From: Eledone cirrhosa
Lineage: Eukaryota
Direction: 5' to 3'
DNA length: 64,000 bases
Assembly: GCA_964016885.1 (NCBI GenBank)
Contig: OZ024743.1
Location: 56,420,001-56,484,000, forward strand
Part shown: positions 1 through 14,340 of the stretch, piece after piece
Layout of the letters: each line of letters begins with the position of its first letter
Numbering within the stretch: the stretch's first letter is position 1
Notes under the pieces: model-generated
What the model saw: only the letters and a program-made list of their open reading frames with translations
Told to the model about the DNA's origin: nothing
The model's database searches: none
Made by a program: the position numbers and the translations under genes

Positions 1-496
1 TGTCGGCGTTAACGTGGGTGGGTTGAGCCGGACCCATCGAAGGAATTCACGGTTGAGACTCATTTCAATAGAGTTTCTTCGGGTGATTGGTTTCACAAGT
101 GGTGTCCAGCCGCAAGTATATGCACTTTAAGATAGTGCAATCCAAGCATTGTATCAGTTATAGCAACGAGCTCTCGCTTTCACACCCAACCCAATTTGGT
201 GGAGCCAGTGTCGCGGCGAGAACATATAGGAAGGACATTTGGCCTGTAGAGGGAATTAACACAACCTATTTGAACCATTTTGTAGGCCAGCAGGAGCTCA
301 CCCCCACTGTCCAGCTCCTATCTGAGGAATGCTCAGCCAATTACACATTAATTTCATGAGTAGGTTGTTCCGTTAATCGAACAACTGGAACAATAATCGT
401 CTAAACCGACGGAAGTCCATTTTATATTTTGTGTGATTAAGTTTTTATTTATAAATTTGTTTGCTTTATACTTTACTCTATACAAGAGTACTATCT

Positions 497-682
497 CTGG
501 ATTGGCAGTATCGGTAGAGGGTCGGACGCCATGCTTTGACGCATAGAGTTACGGCCCTTGCCATTCTGAGTTCAAATCCCACCGAGGTTAACTTTGCCTT
601 TCATCCTTACGGGGTCGATAAAATAAAGTACCAGTGATACACTGGTTAATTGCTGGCCTTGTGCCTATATAAGAAACCATTA
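497..682 (+). mobile_element. tRNA-derived SINE, family A (Nin-domain-like core); representative copy
   Basis: Head with A box (TGGCAGTATCGG) and B box (GAGTTCAAATCC), then core GAGGTTAACTTTGCCTTTCATCCTTACGGGGTCGATAAAATAAAGTACCAG. Other copies at about 974, 1880(-), 2560(-), 3586, 24300, 30965-31922, 32553, 33638, 38866, 39100, 43054, 43165, 43690-43930(-), 44127, 44897, 46235(-). Confidence 0.85.
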
Positions 683-780
683 TCTCTACAAATCCATACC
701 ATATTCATTCACAAAATAATAATTTAAATACAGAACAAAACAAAATGTACCACTCATTATGAATTAGATAAGGACACATG

Positions 781-829
<49 letters not shown>

Positions 830-1182
830 GGTGGCTTTAAAACATGGTTCTTTAGGATTTCTACTGAAATGTAAGGATATATAAAGGCAAATGTAAATGT
901 AAAGACGACCAAAGAAAAATTTACGATCCATCGAAGGATATTTATTTTTCAGTGAATTCATCTCAACATTATGCTTTGACGCATAGAGTTACGGCCCTTG
1001 CCATTCTGAGTTCAAATCCCGCTGAGGTTAACTTTGCTTTCATCCTTACGGGGTCGTTAAATAAAGTACCAGTAATTCACTGGAATAATTGCTGGCCTTG
1101 TTCCAAAAGTAGAAACAATTATATTAAACATTCGATTAATCTATTTCAGCTACGCGTTTTTTTTTCAAGAATTTCTAAGAAT

Positions 1183-1360
1183 GGACTTCCGTCGGTTTCG
1201 ACGATGAGTGTTCCAGTTGTTCGCTCAACGAAACAGCCTGCTCGGGAAATTAACGTGCAAGTGGTTGGCCAATCCACAGACACGTATACCTTTAACGTAA
1301 TTCTCAGGGAGATTCAGCGTGACAGTGTGGGACAAGGCTAGCCATTTGCATTACAATTAC
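1183..1360 (-). mobile_element. tRNA-derived SINE, family B (3' part)
   Basis: Matches the body CGCTGAATCTCCCTGAGAATTACGTTAA...CACGTTAATTTCACGAGCAGGCTGTT that recurs at about 320, 3290, 3960, 23490, 24035, 28500, 31928, 40147 and 46900. Confidence 0.75.
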
Positions 1361-1385
1361 AGTCTTTTTTTTCTGTTGTAGTATA

Positions 1386-1600
1386 CGAGGAGGTCCTGAA
1401 AAGTTCCTAGCTTTAAGGGTATCGCAGGGCTTGGTTGGAAACCCAACCTTCTGAGTTCTTTTTACAAGGCTTAGAAAAACTGAAGACCCGCTGCAATAAG
1501 TGTGTGAATCTGAGAGGGGAATATGTTGAATAAAATCATAATTAACTGATCCACCTGTATTTTCTTTTACCCACAGCCGGGAACTTTTCCGCACCCCTGG
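1386..1600. mobile_element. mariner-type MITE
   Basis: Imperfect TIRs: left CGAGGAGGTCCTGAAAAGTTCCTAGCT; right end reverse-complemented CCAGGGGTGCGGAAAAGTTCCCGGCT. TA on both flanks. Confidence 0.7.
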
Positions 1601-2054
1601 TATATGGCTGAATACTCCAGACACGCGTACCTTAAACGTAATTCTAAAAGAGATTTACTTTGACGCAGTGTGTAAAAAGGCTGAACCTTTGCATTACGTT
1701 CAATCAGATGAGCTTTCAATCAGTTTCCGTCTACCCAATTCACTTACGAGGCAGGGATTTACCCGAGACTAAGGTAAACGACACTTACCAAAGATGCAAT
1801 GCTATAAGATTGAACCCAGGAGCTAATGACTGCGAAGCAAGCTTCTTAACCACTCGGCACAAGGCAAGTGGTTTTGTGGGAAGAGAAATATCGATTATAT
1901 GTGAACCGGTACTTGACTGGTACTTTATGTTATCGAACCCGAAAGAATGAAAGGTAGAGTTAACCTCGGCGGGATTTGAATTTAGAACGTAGAACCGGAA
2001 GAAATACCCCGATGGCATTTTATCCGACGCTCTATAAATACTGCCAACACACCT

Positions 2055-2500
2055 TACTTAGACTGAGAAGCTCCCAAGTCTTGAGACGTATGAAGTAGCC
2101 CAAGTGTTGCAATGATAACAGTCAGTTGCATCTATCAATACATATAGGTTTTGTAGGCGGGTTTGAAGTCTCTGTCGATTGTCTGCCGCCAGTTCATTTT
2201 GAGATGTCCTCTTCGCCTTTTTTCATTTGGGTACTAATACAGGACCTCATTAACATATTTCTCACTTGGGAGTCGTTTGATGTGTCCCAAATAGCCAAGT
2301 CGACGCTTGCACATGATGTTAGACATGTTATTGGCGGGTTCGTTGATGGACTTCTTTATTGGTGATGAGTTCATCTCAGCTGATGCCAAGGGTTATTCAT
2401 AAGCATTTGGTGTCAAAAGCATCTAATTGATTCTCTTGGCTGCTCTTCACACACCGTATTTAACACCCAATCAGAAGCGTTGAAAGAATATTGCTATTAA
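2055..2500 (-). pseudogene. decayed 3' end of an RTE-clade LINE
   Basis: Minus-strand translation gives GHIKRLP...EKRRRGHLKMNWRQTIDRD, the RTE C-terminal GH..R / R.RGR....W motif, with stops. Confidence 0.6.
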
Positions 2501-4361
2501 ACAATTTCATCTTGGTAACTCTCTTCAGAATTATAGAAAGTATTTTTTTTTTTAATGAAAATAATTGTTTCTACTTTTGGCACAAGGCCAGCAATCATCC
2601 CAGTGCATTACTGGTACTTTATTTTATCGACCCCGTAAGGATGAAAGGCAAAATTAACCTCGGCGGGAATTGAACTCAGATCGTAAAGGCCCGTAACTCC
2701 ATGCTGCAAACCATGGCGTCCGACCCTCTAACGATACTGCCAATCCACCGCCCTTTTTTTAATGAAAATAATAAACAGAAAGAGAAAAAAAGAGAAAACG
2801 GGGGAAGAAATATTGAATAATAAATGAGAAATGGGAAGACAGGCGGCAAACTCTGCACTCTTGTTGAGCGGTCCATCTCAGCTGTGCCCTACAGACAAGA
2901 TGGTGAAAACATTGCCGCAAAGAACAGTCAACAATGCCCGTTGAATTAGCCATTTCACTTTATGGGGTTCCCTCCTCAGATGGAATGCACTTCTCACAAT
3001 TTTGCGAGGATCGAGGACACCGAAGGTCTCGATGGCAATCAGCGCAAAAATGGAAGCTGTCGATCAAAGCCCGGTCGTGAGTGATTTTCTTCTTCTTCTT
3101 CTTCTTCTTCTTCTTCTTCTTCTTCTTCTTCTTCTTCTTCTTCTTCTTCTTCTTCTTCTTCTTCTTCTTCTTCTACCTCAAGAAATCGGTTGTGCTCTAA
3201 CCTGGAGAGGCGTGAGTCTCGTCAAGTTTAAAGGTCGTTAGTAATTTTCTGCTTTTTTTTCTTCTTCTTCTTCTTACACAGAAACGTATAACTTTAACGT
3301 GATTGTCAGGGAGATTCAGCGTGATACAGTGTGGGTCAAGCATGGGCCTTTAAATTACAGGTACAGTCCATCAGACGGACTTCCAAATAGTTTCCGCCTT
3401 TCCAATTTCACTCACAAGGTATGGATCATACCGGGATCTATGATAAATGACACTTACTCAATATGCCATGTAGTTGGATCAAACCCGAGATGTAATGATT
3501 GCTAAGTAAACTTCTTAACCATTCGACCATGTTGCATCTAGTACTACTTTATAACCTAAATAGGAACATTTCTATATTTTTAATAAGGCGGCGAATTGGC
3601 AGAGTCGTTAGAACGTCGGATAAAATCTTTTATGGTATTTGTTCCGGCTCACTGCTCTCGGAGTTCAAATCCCGCCGAGGTCAACTTTGCCTTTCATCCT
3701 TTCGAGGTCGATAAAAAAAGTACCAGTCTAGGACTGGGGTTTGATTCTTCCTCTCTCTCTCACACACACACACTTTCTATCTTTCTCTGGAAGAAATCTG
3801 CTGTACTCAGGCCTGGAGAAGGGATGGGCTCTTTCATGTATAAAATGCCCAAGAAACGCCATTGTCAACACGGTTCCCCTACACTCTATCAGGAGTTATG
3901 GGAACATACATATTTTTAATATAGTTATATTAGAGACAGAAGATGCATGTTTTAGTTGTCGGGTTGTTCTGGTCACGATCGTAAGGTTGTGAGTTCGATT
4001 CACGATGGTACGTTTTGGGCAAGACACTTTACTTTACGTTTCTTCTATCCACTCAGCTGAAAAAAAAATGAGTTATTTCTGTAATTCAAAGGGTAACCTT
4101 ACCGCACACTGTGTCACATCGTATCTCTATGGTGCCTGTATTTGTGGATTACACGTTAATTTCACGAGCAGACTGTTCCGTTTATCAAATCAAATCCAGG
4201 TTCAGCTCATTTTTTGTTAGCTAAGAGGACTAGGACAACAGAAAATAAAATATCTTTATTAAGTATATCGCCGGGAATCAAACTCACAACCTTATTATCG
4301 TAAGGCGAACACCTTATTCACTAAGTCATGTGCATTCAAAGTTCAACGCACGCGCGCACGT

Positions 4362-4471
<110 letters not shown>

Positions 4472-5481
4472 CGCGCATACACACACACACAATTTGAAAC
4501 CGTACACATATGTTAGAAATCGATATAATATATATTTAATTCACATCGGTCTCCCTTTACACATACCAGTATCTCTGATATATAAAACCAGACTCCAGTA
4601 GATGTTAACTATATTTAAAACAATTACGTTTTATAAAATAACTGTTTAGCATCGCTTTGATAATAAATCTCCTTGTGAAGCGATTGCGCTCTCTTAATAA
4701 CTTCTGAGAAACAAAATCGAATGAAATGAACACCATGACAGTTTGAACTAATTATGATAAATGAGCGCAGCAAGAATTTGTAGTTGAATGTGAGCCAGAA
4801 TATAGAGAGGAACAGCATGGATGTTATACTGCCTTCACAGCTATCTCTTGTTACAATTCTCATTGACTTTGATCGGCTCCAACGGTGAGTGTTTCATTTG
4901 TTCGAACGACGCTACATGCTGGTGAAATTAACGTGCAAGCAGGTGCCGCGTTTGCCTTAAAAATGTGAGAGGGACAAAACCAACATTTGTTGATTCTTAA
5001 AGGAGCATAAATTGCTTATGGTGCCTTACCCGGACCCTATCACATAAGTAAAATTTTACGCTAACTAAATTTTATATATTCAAATGAAGTTCAGATATAA
5101 AAAAAATACGCTTAAAAAGAATTTATTATATTATATCAAATAAAAAAAAATTAAAACATAGACGTTTGAAAAAGTGAGGGGGGGGGGGGGGGGGGCTTGT
5201 TCTTTGGTACCCCCCTGAAACAAGGCCCTTGCATGCAAGTGTGTAGTTTATCTCCCCTTATGTAATATAGCTGTTAAATGTTATCAATACAGAGGAGAGG
5301 AGTACTTCCACATATCGCTGGATCTCCGTCGCTTATGTCAACGAGTAGTTCCCGGGGAGATTCAACGGGACACAATGTGTGTGTGTGTGTGTGTGTGTAA
5401 CATTGCTGGCCATTTGAACTACAGGTGCGACTCATTTTCCACAGCAGCTGAGTGGTGTGAAGCTATGTAAAATAAAGTACA

Positions 5482-5648
5482 TGCTCAAATGTGAGTGGAG
5501 TGGAGCAATGTGAAATACGATGTCTTGCTCAAATGTGAGTGGAGTGGAGCAATGTGAAATACGATGTCTTGCTCAAATGTGAGTGGAGTGGAGCAATGTG
5601 AAATACGATGTCTTGCTCAAATGTGAGTGGAGTGGAGCGATGTGAAAT
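5482..5648. repeat. 44-bp tandem repeat (about 4 copies) derived from SINE family B
   Basis: TGCTCAAATGTGAGTGGAGTGGAGCAATGTGAAATACGATGTCT starting at 5482, 5526, 5570 and 5614. Confidence 0.85.
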
Positions 5649-6624
5649 CAACTACCATGCTCATGGACACAATGTGCCACCACGAATAGAATACGATCTT
5701 ACAATCGTGAACCGAACACCCTAACTACTAGGCCACGTACTTCAACAGCAGCAATCGTTTTAAGACCCTTTTCCCAGCTAAAAATCAAGTTTCATAGTTA
5801 TCATGGGGTAATTTTTGAAGATTTACAGCCGGATGCCCTTCCTGACTCCAACCCTTTTAGTCGCCTCCCACCACACACAAGAACATACACAACTGTATTG
5901 CATTACTTACTCTGATATAATAAAGTCTTCTTATTTAACGAAAAGAAATATTAATGAAAATTGTTATATCTTGGGAGGGCCCTGCTGCCAACACATGGAG
6001 AGAAATGGGCCCCGCCAGGTTTTAAAATTCCCTAGAAATGCCGTATGTCAATACGACGTTCCTACGACTCCCTTGTGAGTTATGGGGCCATACATGCATA
6101 CATGATGGCTGCAAACTCTGCTAAGAGTATTGCAATCGCTTGTCAGATCATAGGGTTTGGTGTACTTTCAGGCTATGGACAGCCACACAAACCTGTAACA
6201 TATCCTGAACAAGCAATGCCTGTGCTTTGAAGGTATTTTTTTTAAGTGGCGAAAGGCCTTGCACTCGACCAATCTCACTCTCTGAGAATCAAAAACACTA
6301 CATGAAAAGGAGAACTTGTCAACATCATCGGATGCTTCCGAAGCCGCAGGTTTTTGTTTTTCAGAGTTTCCCCCTCCTAGAAAGGTGTTGTGACAATAAC
6401 TGATGGGGGGGAGGGGGCTTTCACTCCCAGGTGGAAAATAAAAGTACTATTTGGATGGCCGGTGGCTCTGCTGAGTTCTTCCGCCCTTTGCTTGGTCTTG
6501 TATTTCATCCCGTAGGGTGTCCAAATATCACCCTCCTCACCAAGCAAGACTGCTAGAGACTTGCACTCCTTCGCACATTGACGACAACTATGGATCTCCC
6601 TGGCCTCAGGTCTTGCATTAGGTT

Positions 6625-7552
6625 GCCTGTGAACCTTCACAATACCATGGAGATCATAGTTCACTGGTTCTCTTTGAGCTGCAACTGAGGCTCTTGAGAC
6701 CAGATTTGCTGAAGCAAATCTTTCCACACTCAGGGCAAACCAATTCAATGGAGACACCGATTGTTTCGAGAGATACACCAGGGCATTGCTTACGCACATC
6801 CCGTTTGATCTTCTCGTGCTCTATTCGTCTATCTTCAAAATTATGGACCCCATGATTCACCATTTCACGCCAAGTTTCTCTTTCAAAAGCTTCTATCTCC
6901 CAGTCAGCCACCATCAAACCAGTTTTTTTCAATGAGTCCTTTACACAATCTTTGAATCGGAGGTGGTCTCTTACCTTTACAAAGCTCGCCATACAAAAGT
7001 TGTTTCGGAATTCGATCATCCTCCATTCTGCAGAGGTGTCAGGTCCATCGCAAACATCGTTGGTGGATGATACTTTCAATGCTCCGATACTCACTTCTCT
7101 CAAGGATTCAACAAAACTCACGTGCATCTACCACTTGATACCGAGCATCTTTCTGAGACACTACTGGTGAAATCGTTCCAGTCTTTTGATATGTCGTTTG
7201 TAGGCAACACATGTCTCACACGCATACAGTAATGCTGATAGTACACATGCGGCATACACTTTCACCATGGTCTTCATTGTGATTTCTCGCCTGCACCACA
7301 GACGGTCGCGCTGAGCCTTCCAAATGACTCACATGCTTTGCTAACACGCAGACCAACTTCTGCATCCAGAGAGCAGGTCACACTCAGAGTACTCCCCAAA
7401 TACACAAATCTGTCAAAAACCTTCAGCTTTTGACTGTATACATATATGGAGGGTTCATTGAAAACTTTATCCGGAGCAGGTTGGTACATGACGACAGTCT
7501 TCTTCAGACTGATTCTCAGTCCTAAAGCACTGCACGCATTGGTAAAAGAATC
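6625..7552 (-). pseudogene. 5'-truncated RTE-clade LINE (RT C-terminus plus C2H2 finger), frameshifted
   Basis: ACSALGLRISLKKTVVM, FVYLGSTLS, LRFKDCVKDSLK, CPECGKICFSKSGLKS. Confidence 0.85.
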
Positions 7553-7644
7553 CATACATACATACATACATACATACATACATACATACATACATACATA
7601 CATACATACATACATACATACATACATACATACATACATACATC

Positions 7645-10600
7645 AGAATTGCAGCGTCTTCACAGACGATTTCCGTCTCTTATTGATTCTTCGTTATCAT
7701 CCCATCCGTATCCATGACTTCGTAGATGACTTTGTAGGCCAGCTGGAAATCTGCATAGTTTACGACACAGATGACAGAAAAGAGTTGTGCTTTCCACAGG
7801 ACCGGAGGTGTCACCATGTGGGACACAATCTTTATGTACCACCATGTGTTTTTTAAGTCTGGAACTATTTCTACACACTTTGTTGCATATCACGCGCACG
7901 TTGTGCCGCCAGGTCTTTGTTGAGTGGTGTTGCGGGTGGTTATCCTTTCATGTGACTTCATGTGATTAACATAACCAGCCTTTGAGAGGTGTACACGCTG
8001 ACAAGAAGTTGCATGTCCAACTACTGATGACTTCATTAAGACTGTAAGCACAGCCCTTCCAGAGCTGACGCTTCAGTTGTTTATGTTCCAGACGGCATTC
8101 CTCAAAAGTTTTGCAACTGCCCTTTATGCGCTTTCCTCACTCAGCCTTATTTAGAGCTATCTCCTCCCAGTTGTCTATATCAAATGCCAGCTCTTTGATA
8201 TTGTTCTTGATGCTGTCTCTGAACCTCAATTTTCGGTTTGTGTTGAGGTCTTTTTCCAAGATGGAGCTCACCGTAAAACAGTTGCTTCTGGATCCTGCTT
8301 TCTTTCATTTGGACGATATGTCCTGTCCAGCGCATTTGAGATGTTACTTGTGACTCAATGCTTGGACATTCTGCTTTGATAAGAACATGTATGTCAGGAG
8401 TTCTGTCTTGCCACTTGATGTTGAATATGCGCCTTAAACATTTCTGCTGAAAACGCTCAAGCAATTTGGTGTGTTTGCGGAATGGCGTCCAGGTTTCGGT
8501 GGAGTATAAAAGGGCAGACAAAACGCATGATACATACACAGACACGTTGGTTTTGTTGGTAATGTTGCGATTTGCCCAAACTCTCTTTTCCAATTTTCCG
8601 AAGGCAACAGAGACCTTCTGGACGCGCAGATGTATTTAAGCATCCAAAGAGCCATCATTTGAGAGTGTGCTACCCAAGTAGACAAATTTATCTTCTACTC
8701 CCAGCCTGGTTCCATCAACCATGATATGGGGTTCAGTATATGGTTCTCCAGGTGCAGGTGTAAACATTATTTTGGTCTTTTTAAGGCTGATTGTAACCCC
8801 AAATGTTGTATACGAGGATGAGAAACGGTCCATAATGTGTTGCATGTCAGCTTCTCTGTGTACTAGGAAGTCAGCGTTGTTGGCGTAAAGAAGGTCTCTG
8901 ATCAAAGCTTGAAAAGTTTTTGTCTTGGCATTAAACCTTCTTAAGTTGAAAAACTTTCCAGTAGTTCTGAACCGTAAGAGAATGCCTCTGTCACAATTAT
9001 GGAAAGCATGTGTGAGCAAGGCAGCAAAGAAGATGGATAAAAGCGTAGGAGCAGGAATATCACCTTGCTTTTCCCTGTTGTCAATTGGGATTTCCCCAGA
9101 TAGTTGACCATTGAAGGTAACTTGAGCTTTCATATTTCTGTGCAGCTGCTTTAGAATACTCACAAACGTGGGTGGACATCCCACTTTTCCAAGTATTATC
9201 CAGAGTGCATCTCTGTTAACTGTGTCAAAGGTCTTCGTTAGGTCGACAAAGACTTGTTATAGGGGGGTGGGGGACACTGCTCAATACATTCTTCTTTTAT
9301 TTGTCTTACAGAGAAAATGATGCCAACTGTTCCCCTTCCTCTTCTAAAACCTCTCTGTGATTCTCGGATAGATGTAGGACAGATATCCTCCTCCAGTCTG
9401 TTGCGCAAAGGTCCTGCGAGAACCTTGCCAACAGCTTCCAACAAAGTGATGTTACGGTAGTTTCCACATATCGATTTTTCACCTTTCCCTTTGTATAATG
9501 ATAACAGAATACCGTTGATCGAGTCTTGCGGAACCGGGGTCCCATTCCAGCAATCAATGATGAAATTGTTTATTTTTTCTGTTACATTATCACTACCGAC
9601 TTTCAGCTGTTCGACTGGGAAACCATCTGGACCTGGTGCCTTGCCAGAGTTAACCTGCTTGACTGCCAGCTTTATTTCATCAGCAGAGGGAAGTCGATCC
9701 ATACAGTGGACTGTTTCACATTGAGGAAGGCCTTCTATCACTCCAAAATTAACTGCTAATGAGTTGTCAAACAGATCAGTAAAATGTTCCTCCCAATGCT
9801 GAAGGATTTTTGATGGCTCTTTGATGATGATATTGTCATCGTCCTTAGATCTTAGAGATATTACTGAGGATGTTGGTGGGCCGAAGACTTGGCGTATCAA
9901 TGAGTAAAATGACTTTGAATCTTTAGTGTTAAAAGCCTGTTGGATTTCCGAAGAGATATTACTCCACCACTCATTTTGCATCCTGCGCAGTTCGCTGCAG
10001 TGTTGCCTTGTGGTCTTTGTAGGCTTTCCTGGCAGTTGGTTGTGCTATGGCATTCTAATTCAAGAGCTTCTCATAGAGAGTGTGCTTGGTTTTCAGTAGC
10101 TGATTGATATTGGGATTGTTGTCATCGAACCAGTCCTGGTGTTCTTAGTTCTGAAGCCAAGTATCTCAGCTCCCACTGAGTAAACTTGATCTCTAAAATG
10201 TTCCCAGGGGCCATCAAAATCAAGACCATCAAATCTTTCAGTTAGGGTTGCCTCAGTTTGGTAACATCAATGCGTTTCGGTGCTTTCACTCCGCTCATAC
10301 GAATTCTTTTGCGGATACTCATCTTGAACTTTCCTCGCACTAATTTGTGGTCAGTGCCACATTCTGCACTACGCAACACACACACTGAACACACATCACC
10401 TAGATCTCGTTTGCGAGTGATGATGAAATCAATCATGTGTCCATGCTTGGATCTTGGATGATACCAGGTAGCTTTATATTTGAGCTTCTGTCGGAAAAGG
10501 GTGTTGCAGTTGGTTAACTTGAGTTCTGGGCAAAGTTCAAGCAATCTCAGGCCGCTGGTGTTCATTTTACCAATACCAAATGGACCTATGGCGCCCCACG

Positions 10601-11350
10601 CCTCGTGATCACTACTCACACGAGCATTAAAATCACCGAGAAGTAATAATAACTTATTGTCAGCAGGTGTGCATGCAATGACAGTACGAAGAAACTCATA
10701 GAAATAATCAAGGAACATCTCACTGGCCTGTAGGGTTGGTGCATAAACAGATAAAAGTGTTACATAACGGCCATGTCTCAGACGAATACGAAGCTTCATA
10801 ATGTGATCGGTTACACCAGTAGGACATTCTATACGATCAAGCAGAGATGTTCTAATGGCTAAGCCAACACCGCCCTCTCTGTTAATTGATCTTCTCCAGC
10901 CAAACGTGTTTCAGATAAAGTTGCTATGTCTATGTTCAATCTTCAGAGTTATTTTGTCACAAGTACAGTTCTACGTTCTGGACGTCCAGAGGAGTTTCTG
11001 TCCAGGAGTGTCCTAACGTTCCAACAACAAATGTTGAGTTTGACTCCATCTTTTGCGTATTTTTTGCATTTTTCTTTATTCATATTCCTGCTCGAATGAG
11101 GCAAAGCAAGCTCAGGGTGCCTGTGTGTAGACGTGTGACTATAAGCTTCCAGCTGGTCAGGTCTGTACATGTTACCATTCGTCTATCACTGCGGTATTTC
11201 AGAAATAGGATAGGGAAGTAAGATATAAGAGACATCTGTACATCAGTATATTATTGTGGTAAACGCTTGTACAACCACTCTCTGAGTATCCGCAACTAGA
11301 GTCCAGTGACATGCCGGAGCAAGATGACTGGGAGTTGCTTTAACCACAGG
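7645..11350 (-). mobile_element. near full-length degenerate RTE (BovB-like) LINE: APE endonuclease, RT and terminal zinc fingers
   Basis: Ordered frameshifted pieces: CWNVRTLLD, VYAPT, LGDFNARV, TDHKLV (APE); KAPGPDG, NYRNITLL, QRGFRRGRGT, KQGDIPAPTL, LLYANNA (decayed YADD); WTGHIVQM; CHLCRKLCRFPAGLQSH. The 3' end abuts (TATG)n. Confidence 0.92.
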
Positions 11351-11400
11351 TTTTAAGGAGTTTCCTTCTCACTTAGTGACACACACATACATACAACACA

Positions 11401-11494
<94 letters not shown>

Positions 11495-11606
11495 ACACCA
11501 CACCACACCACACCACACCACACCACACCACACTCACACACAAACACTAATATGCACAAACACATACACGCCACTCACTTACACACACTAACACACACGC
11601 ACACAT

Positions 11607-11707
<101 letters not shown>

Positions 11708-11723
11708 TATATATATATATACA

Positions 11724-11784
<61 letters not shown>

Positions 11785-11881
11785 TGAAGTTTCCGTTGAA
11801 AATTGAAAATGTCATAGGAGTGAAGAGTGCTCTATGTAAGTACCAGAGCAAAATTTAATGTATAATAAACAATACAATATA

Positions 11882-11957
11882 ATTACCTCATTACCAGTGG
11901 TTTTCCGAATAAGACGAATACGAAAAACGTCCTCATTCGTTCGTCGGACAAGGCAAT
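11882..11957 (-). ncRNA. type-I hammerhead ribozyme motif, variant core CCGACGA
   Basis: Minus strand: ATTGCCTTGT-CCGACGA-A-CGAATGAGGACG...CGTCTTATTCG-GAAA(A)-CCACTGG-TA-ATGAGGTAAT. 10-bp stem I (with G-U pairs), about 11-bp stem II, one extra A after GAAA. Confidence 0.6.
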
Positions 11958-12642
11958 ATAAAACATAGTGAAATATATGAAAAGTCTCCTCAAGAAATGC
12001 AAGAGTTTAATGGGCAAAAAATATATAAATAAAAGTAATGCAAGAGATATATAAAAAAAATAAGGAAATATAGTTAGGGTATGTGTATATGTATGTATAT
12101 ACACTCACAAATGTACATATGTGTGTATGTACAAATGCATGTGTATGGTGAAAATGTGTGCGTAAGTACATATATGAGGGCAAGTATATTTGTGTATATG
12201 TGACCACAAATACGTATATAATATGAGTTGAAAAAAAGTTGTATGATAATATAGTTAACATGCATCCAGATACAGGTATTAAATACACATACGAGTATGA
12301 AAGCACGCGTATAAACACACACACACGCGCGATCACTTATATGCGGAAGATAAAGATGGAAGGGAGTGTAATAGTAAAAAGAAGTGTCATTCTCGATATA
12401 TGTATAAAAATGAAACAATATATGAGAATGAAAAAAATTTTAAATCAAAGAGAAAGTAATCAATTAACACTAGAGAAAAGAAAACAAACATAGGTACGCA
12501 CGTACACACACACATATAAAGAAATATTTATACACACAAATACGTACAGACAAAAGCGTATGCATGCGTACGTACATACACACGAGGCACGTATATATAT
12601 ATATATATCGCCACATGTATATCGAATCACACGCACGTACGC

Positions 12643-12703
<61 letters not shown>

Positions 12704-12798
12704 TAGTAATAATAATAAAAATGACTTTGTTAGTTTCAGAAGATCCCGTTAAGGGTGAAAGCAGCGATTCTTTGCTTAAACTTTAATCTGTTATTTTA

Positions 12799-12901
<103 letters not shown>

Positions 12902-13373
12902 TACATACACATCCATACATACATATACATATACACGCATATACATACACATACATTCACCCGCATACACACACACGTATAAATAAGTATGTAAAAAATA
13001 TAGATATAAAAACACACATACACACACATATATATACGTACGCACGCACACATACGGAGGCGTTCGTATACATATACAGAACGTATACACACATAGATAT
13101 AGATTATAAACCGGCCGTATGAATAAATGAGTACAAATATAAAATCGGCTGCGACACAACAGAATATATCTGGAGTGGAAAACGCAAGTGACAAGTGCAA
13201 TCAGGCAGTGAAAGAAAATGGGGAAGTAAAATGTGGAATGTGAAGATATTAGGTAAGTGAATCGAAAAGTAGGGGGGGGTTACTGGTGGATGTGAAGTAA
13301 AAATAAAAATAAAATTAAAAATAAAGTTAAAAATGAAAGTAAATCAGAAAGAAAAGTCTGTAAAGAGGATAAT

Positions 13374-14340
13374 TTAAGGAAAGTGAAGAACAAGAGTGTA
13401 TGGAGGATAAGTATCTGAAAGTGAGTTAAGTTTATATGAACTGGAAAGCAAGTGTGATTTCATGTGTGGGCAACTGGTGGAAATTTCTGTTTTTGTATTT
13501 AGGCAGGTTTTTGGTGATGTAAGGTTTTGTAAAATCCAATATTTTTCACTTATGCAGAGTGTGCATCTTCTTGTTCCTCTTGCATATTCTTTAGATTGGT
13601 TCAAGATTGACCAATCCAATTTATATTGGATACCTTGGTCTTTCAAATCCCAAATTCTGCTAGCCAGAGCTGTTGTGAATCTTTCTTCTGGATGTCGGAA
13701 AGATGCGACATGTGAGTAATAACGCGTTTTGAATTTGTCTTGTGTCATACCCACATATCGTTCGCTGGTAGCTGGTTGGTTGTTGCTGATGGTTGTCACT
13801 TTAGCTGCATATACAATGGCTTTGGTGTTGCATTTACCTTGTAGTGGGCATTCACTTTTGACTCTACAGGAGCAATTTTGATGTTCTCTGGGTGATTTCT
13901 TATTGAGGATATAAGATTTAATAGGGGGACCGCAGGAGTAGCTAATTTTGACACAGTTTCTATTGAAGATCTTATAGTATCTATGTGTTCTAGGGAAATG
14001 TTTATCTAAGAGCTCTAGGAATTTTTTGCCTACATTAGTTTTAACTGCTAGAGAGTAGGGGGGTGTGAACCAGATTATTTTTCTTTTCCTATTCTTATGT
14101 TTAAAAGAGTTAGTATTGTTGGGTATGTACTTAATCGGTTCACTAAAACCGCTATTTTGAAGGGCTTTATTATAGTAGGCGGATGCCTTATTGAAAATAG
14201 CTTCTGAGGAAGAGAGGGTGGAGAGTCTACGGCTAATATTAGGGATAAGGTTTTTAAAAACTATAGGAGAATGGCAAGTGCCTTTATTTATATATTTTAA
14301 ATTTTCATTAGGTTTATGGTACGGTTTATACGATAAGTGC
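13374..14340 (-). mobile_element. 5'-truncated Penelope-like element (Naiad-type): RT thumb plus GIY-YIG endonuclease, frame still open
   Basis: YHKPNENLKYIN, ISRRLSTLSS, IIWFTPPYS, CSCRVKSECPLQGKC, IVY...YVGMT...RYYSH, CTLCISEK...LNTKTE...CPH. The N-terminal part of ORF 13374..14564 is microsatellite read-through. Confidence 0.88.

Noticed and set aside
5482-5648. CRISPR-like array
   Set aside because: Contiguous units with no unique spacers, SINE-derived, eukaryotic context.
12734-12772. CAGAAGA-TCCCGTTAAGGGT-GAAA hammerhead-like motif
   Set aside because: Altered core, no UH triplet and no stem I. At most a dead relic.
13374-14340. Selenocysteine recoding in Naiad-type ORFs
   Set aside because: No in-frame TGA in the retained parts here or at 37309-38151, and no SECIS recognised.
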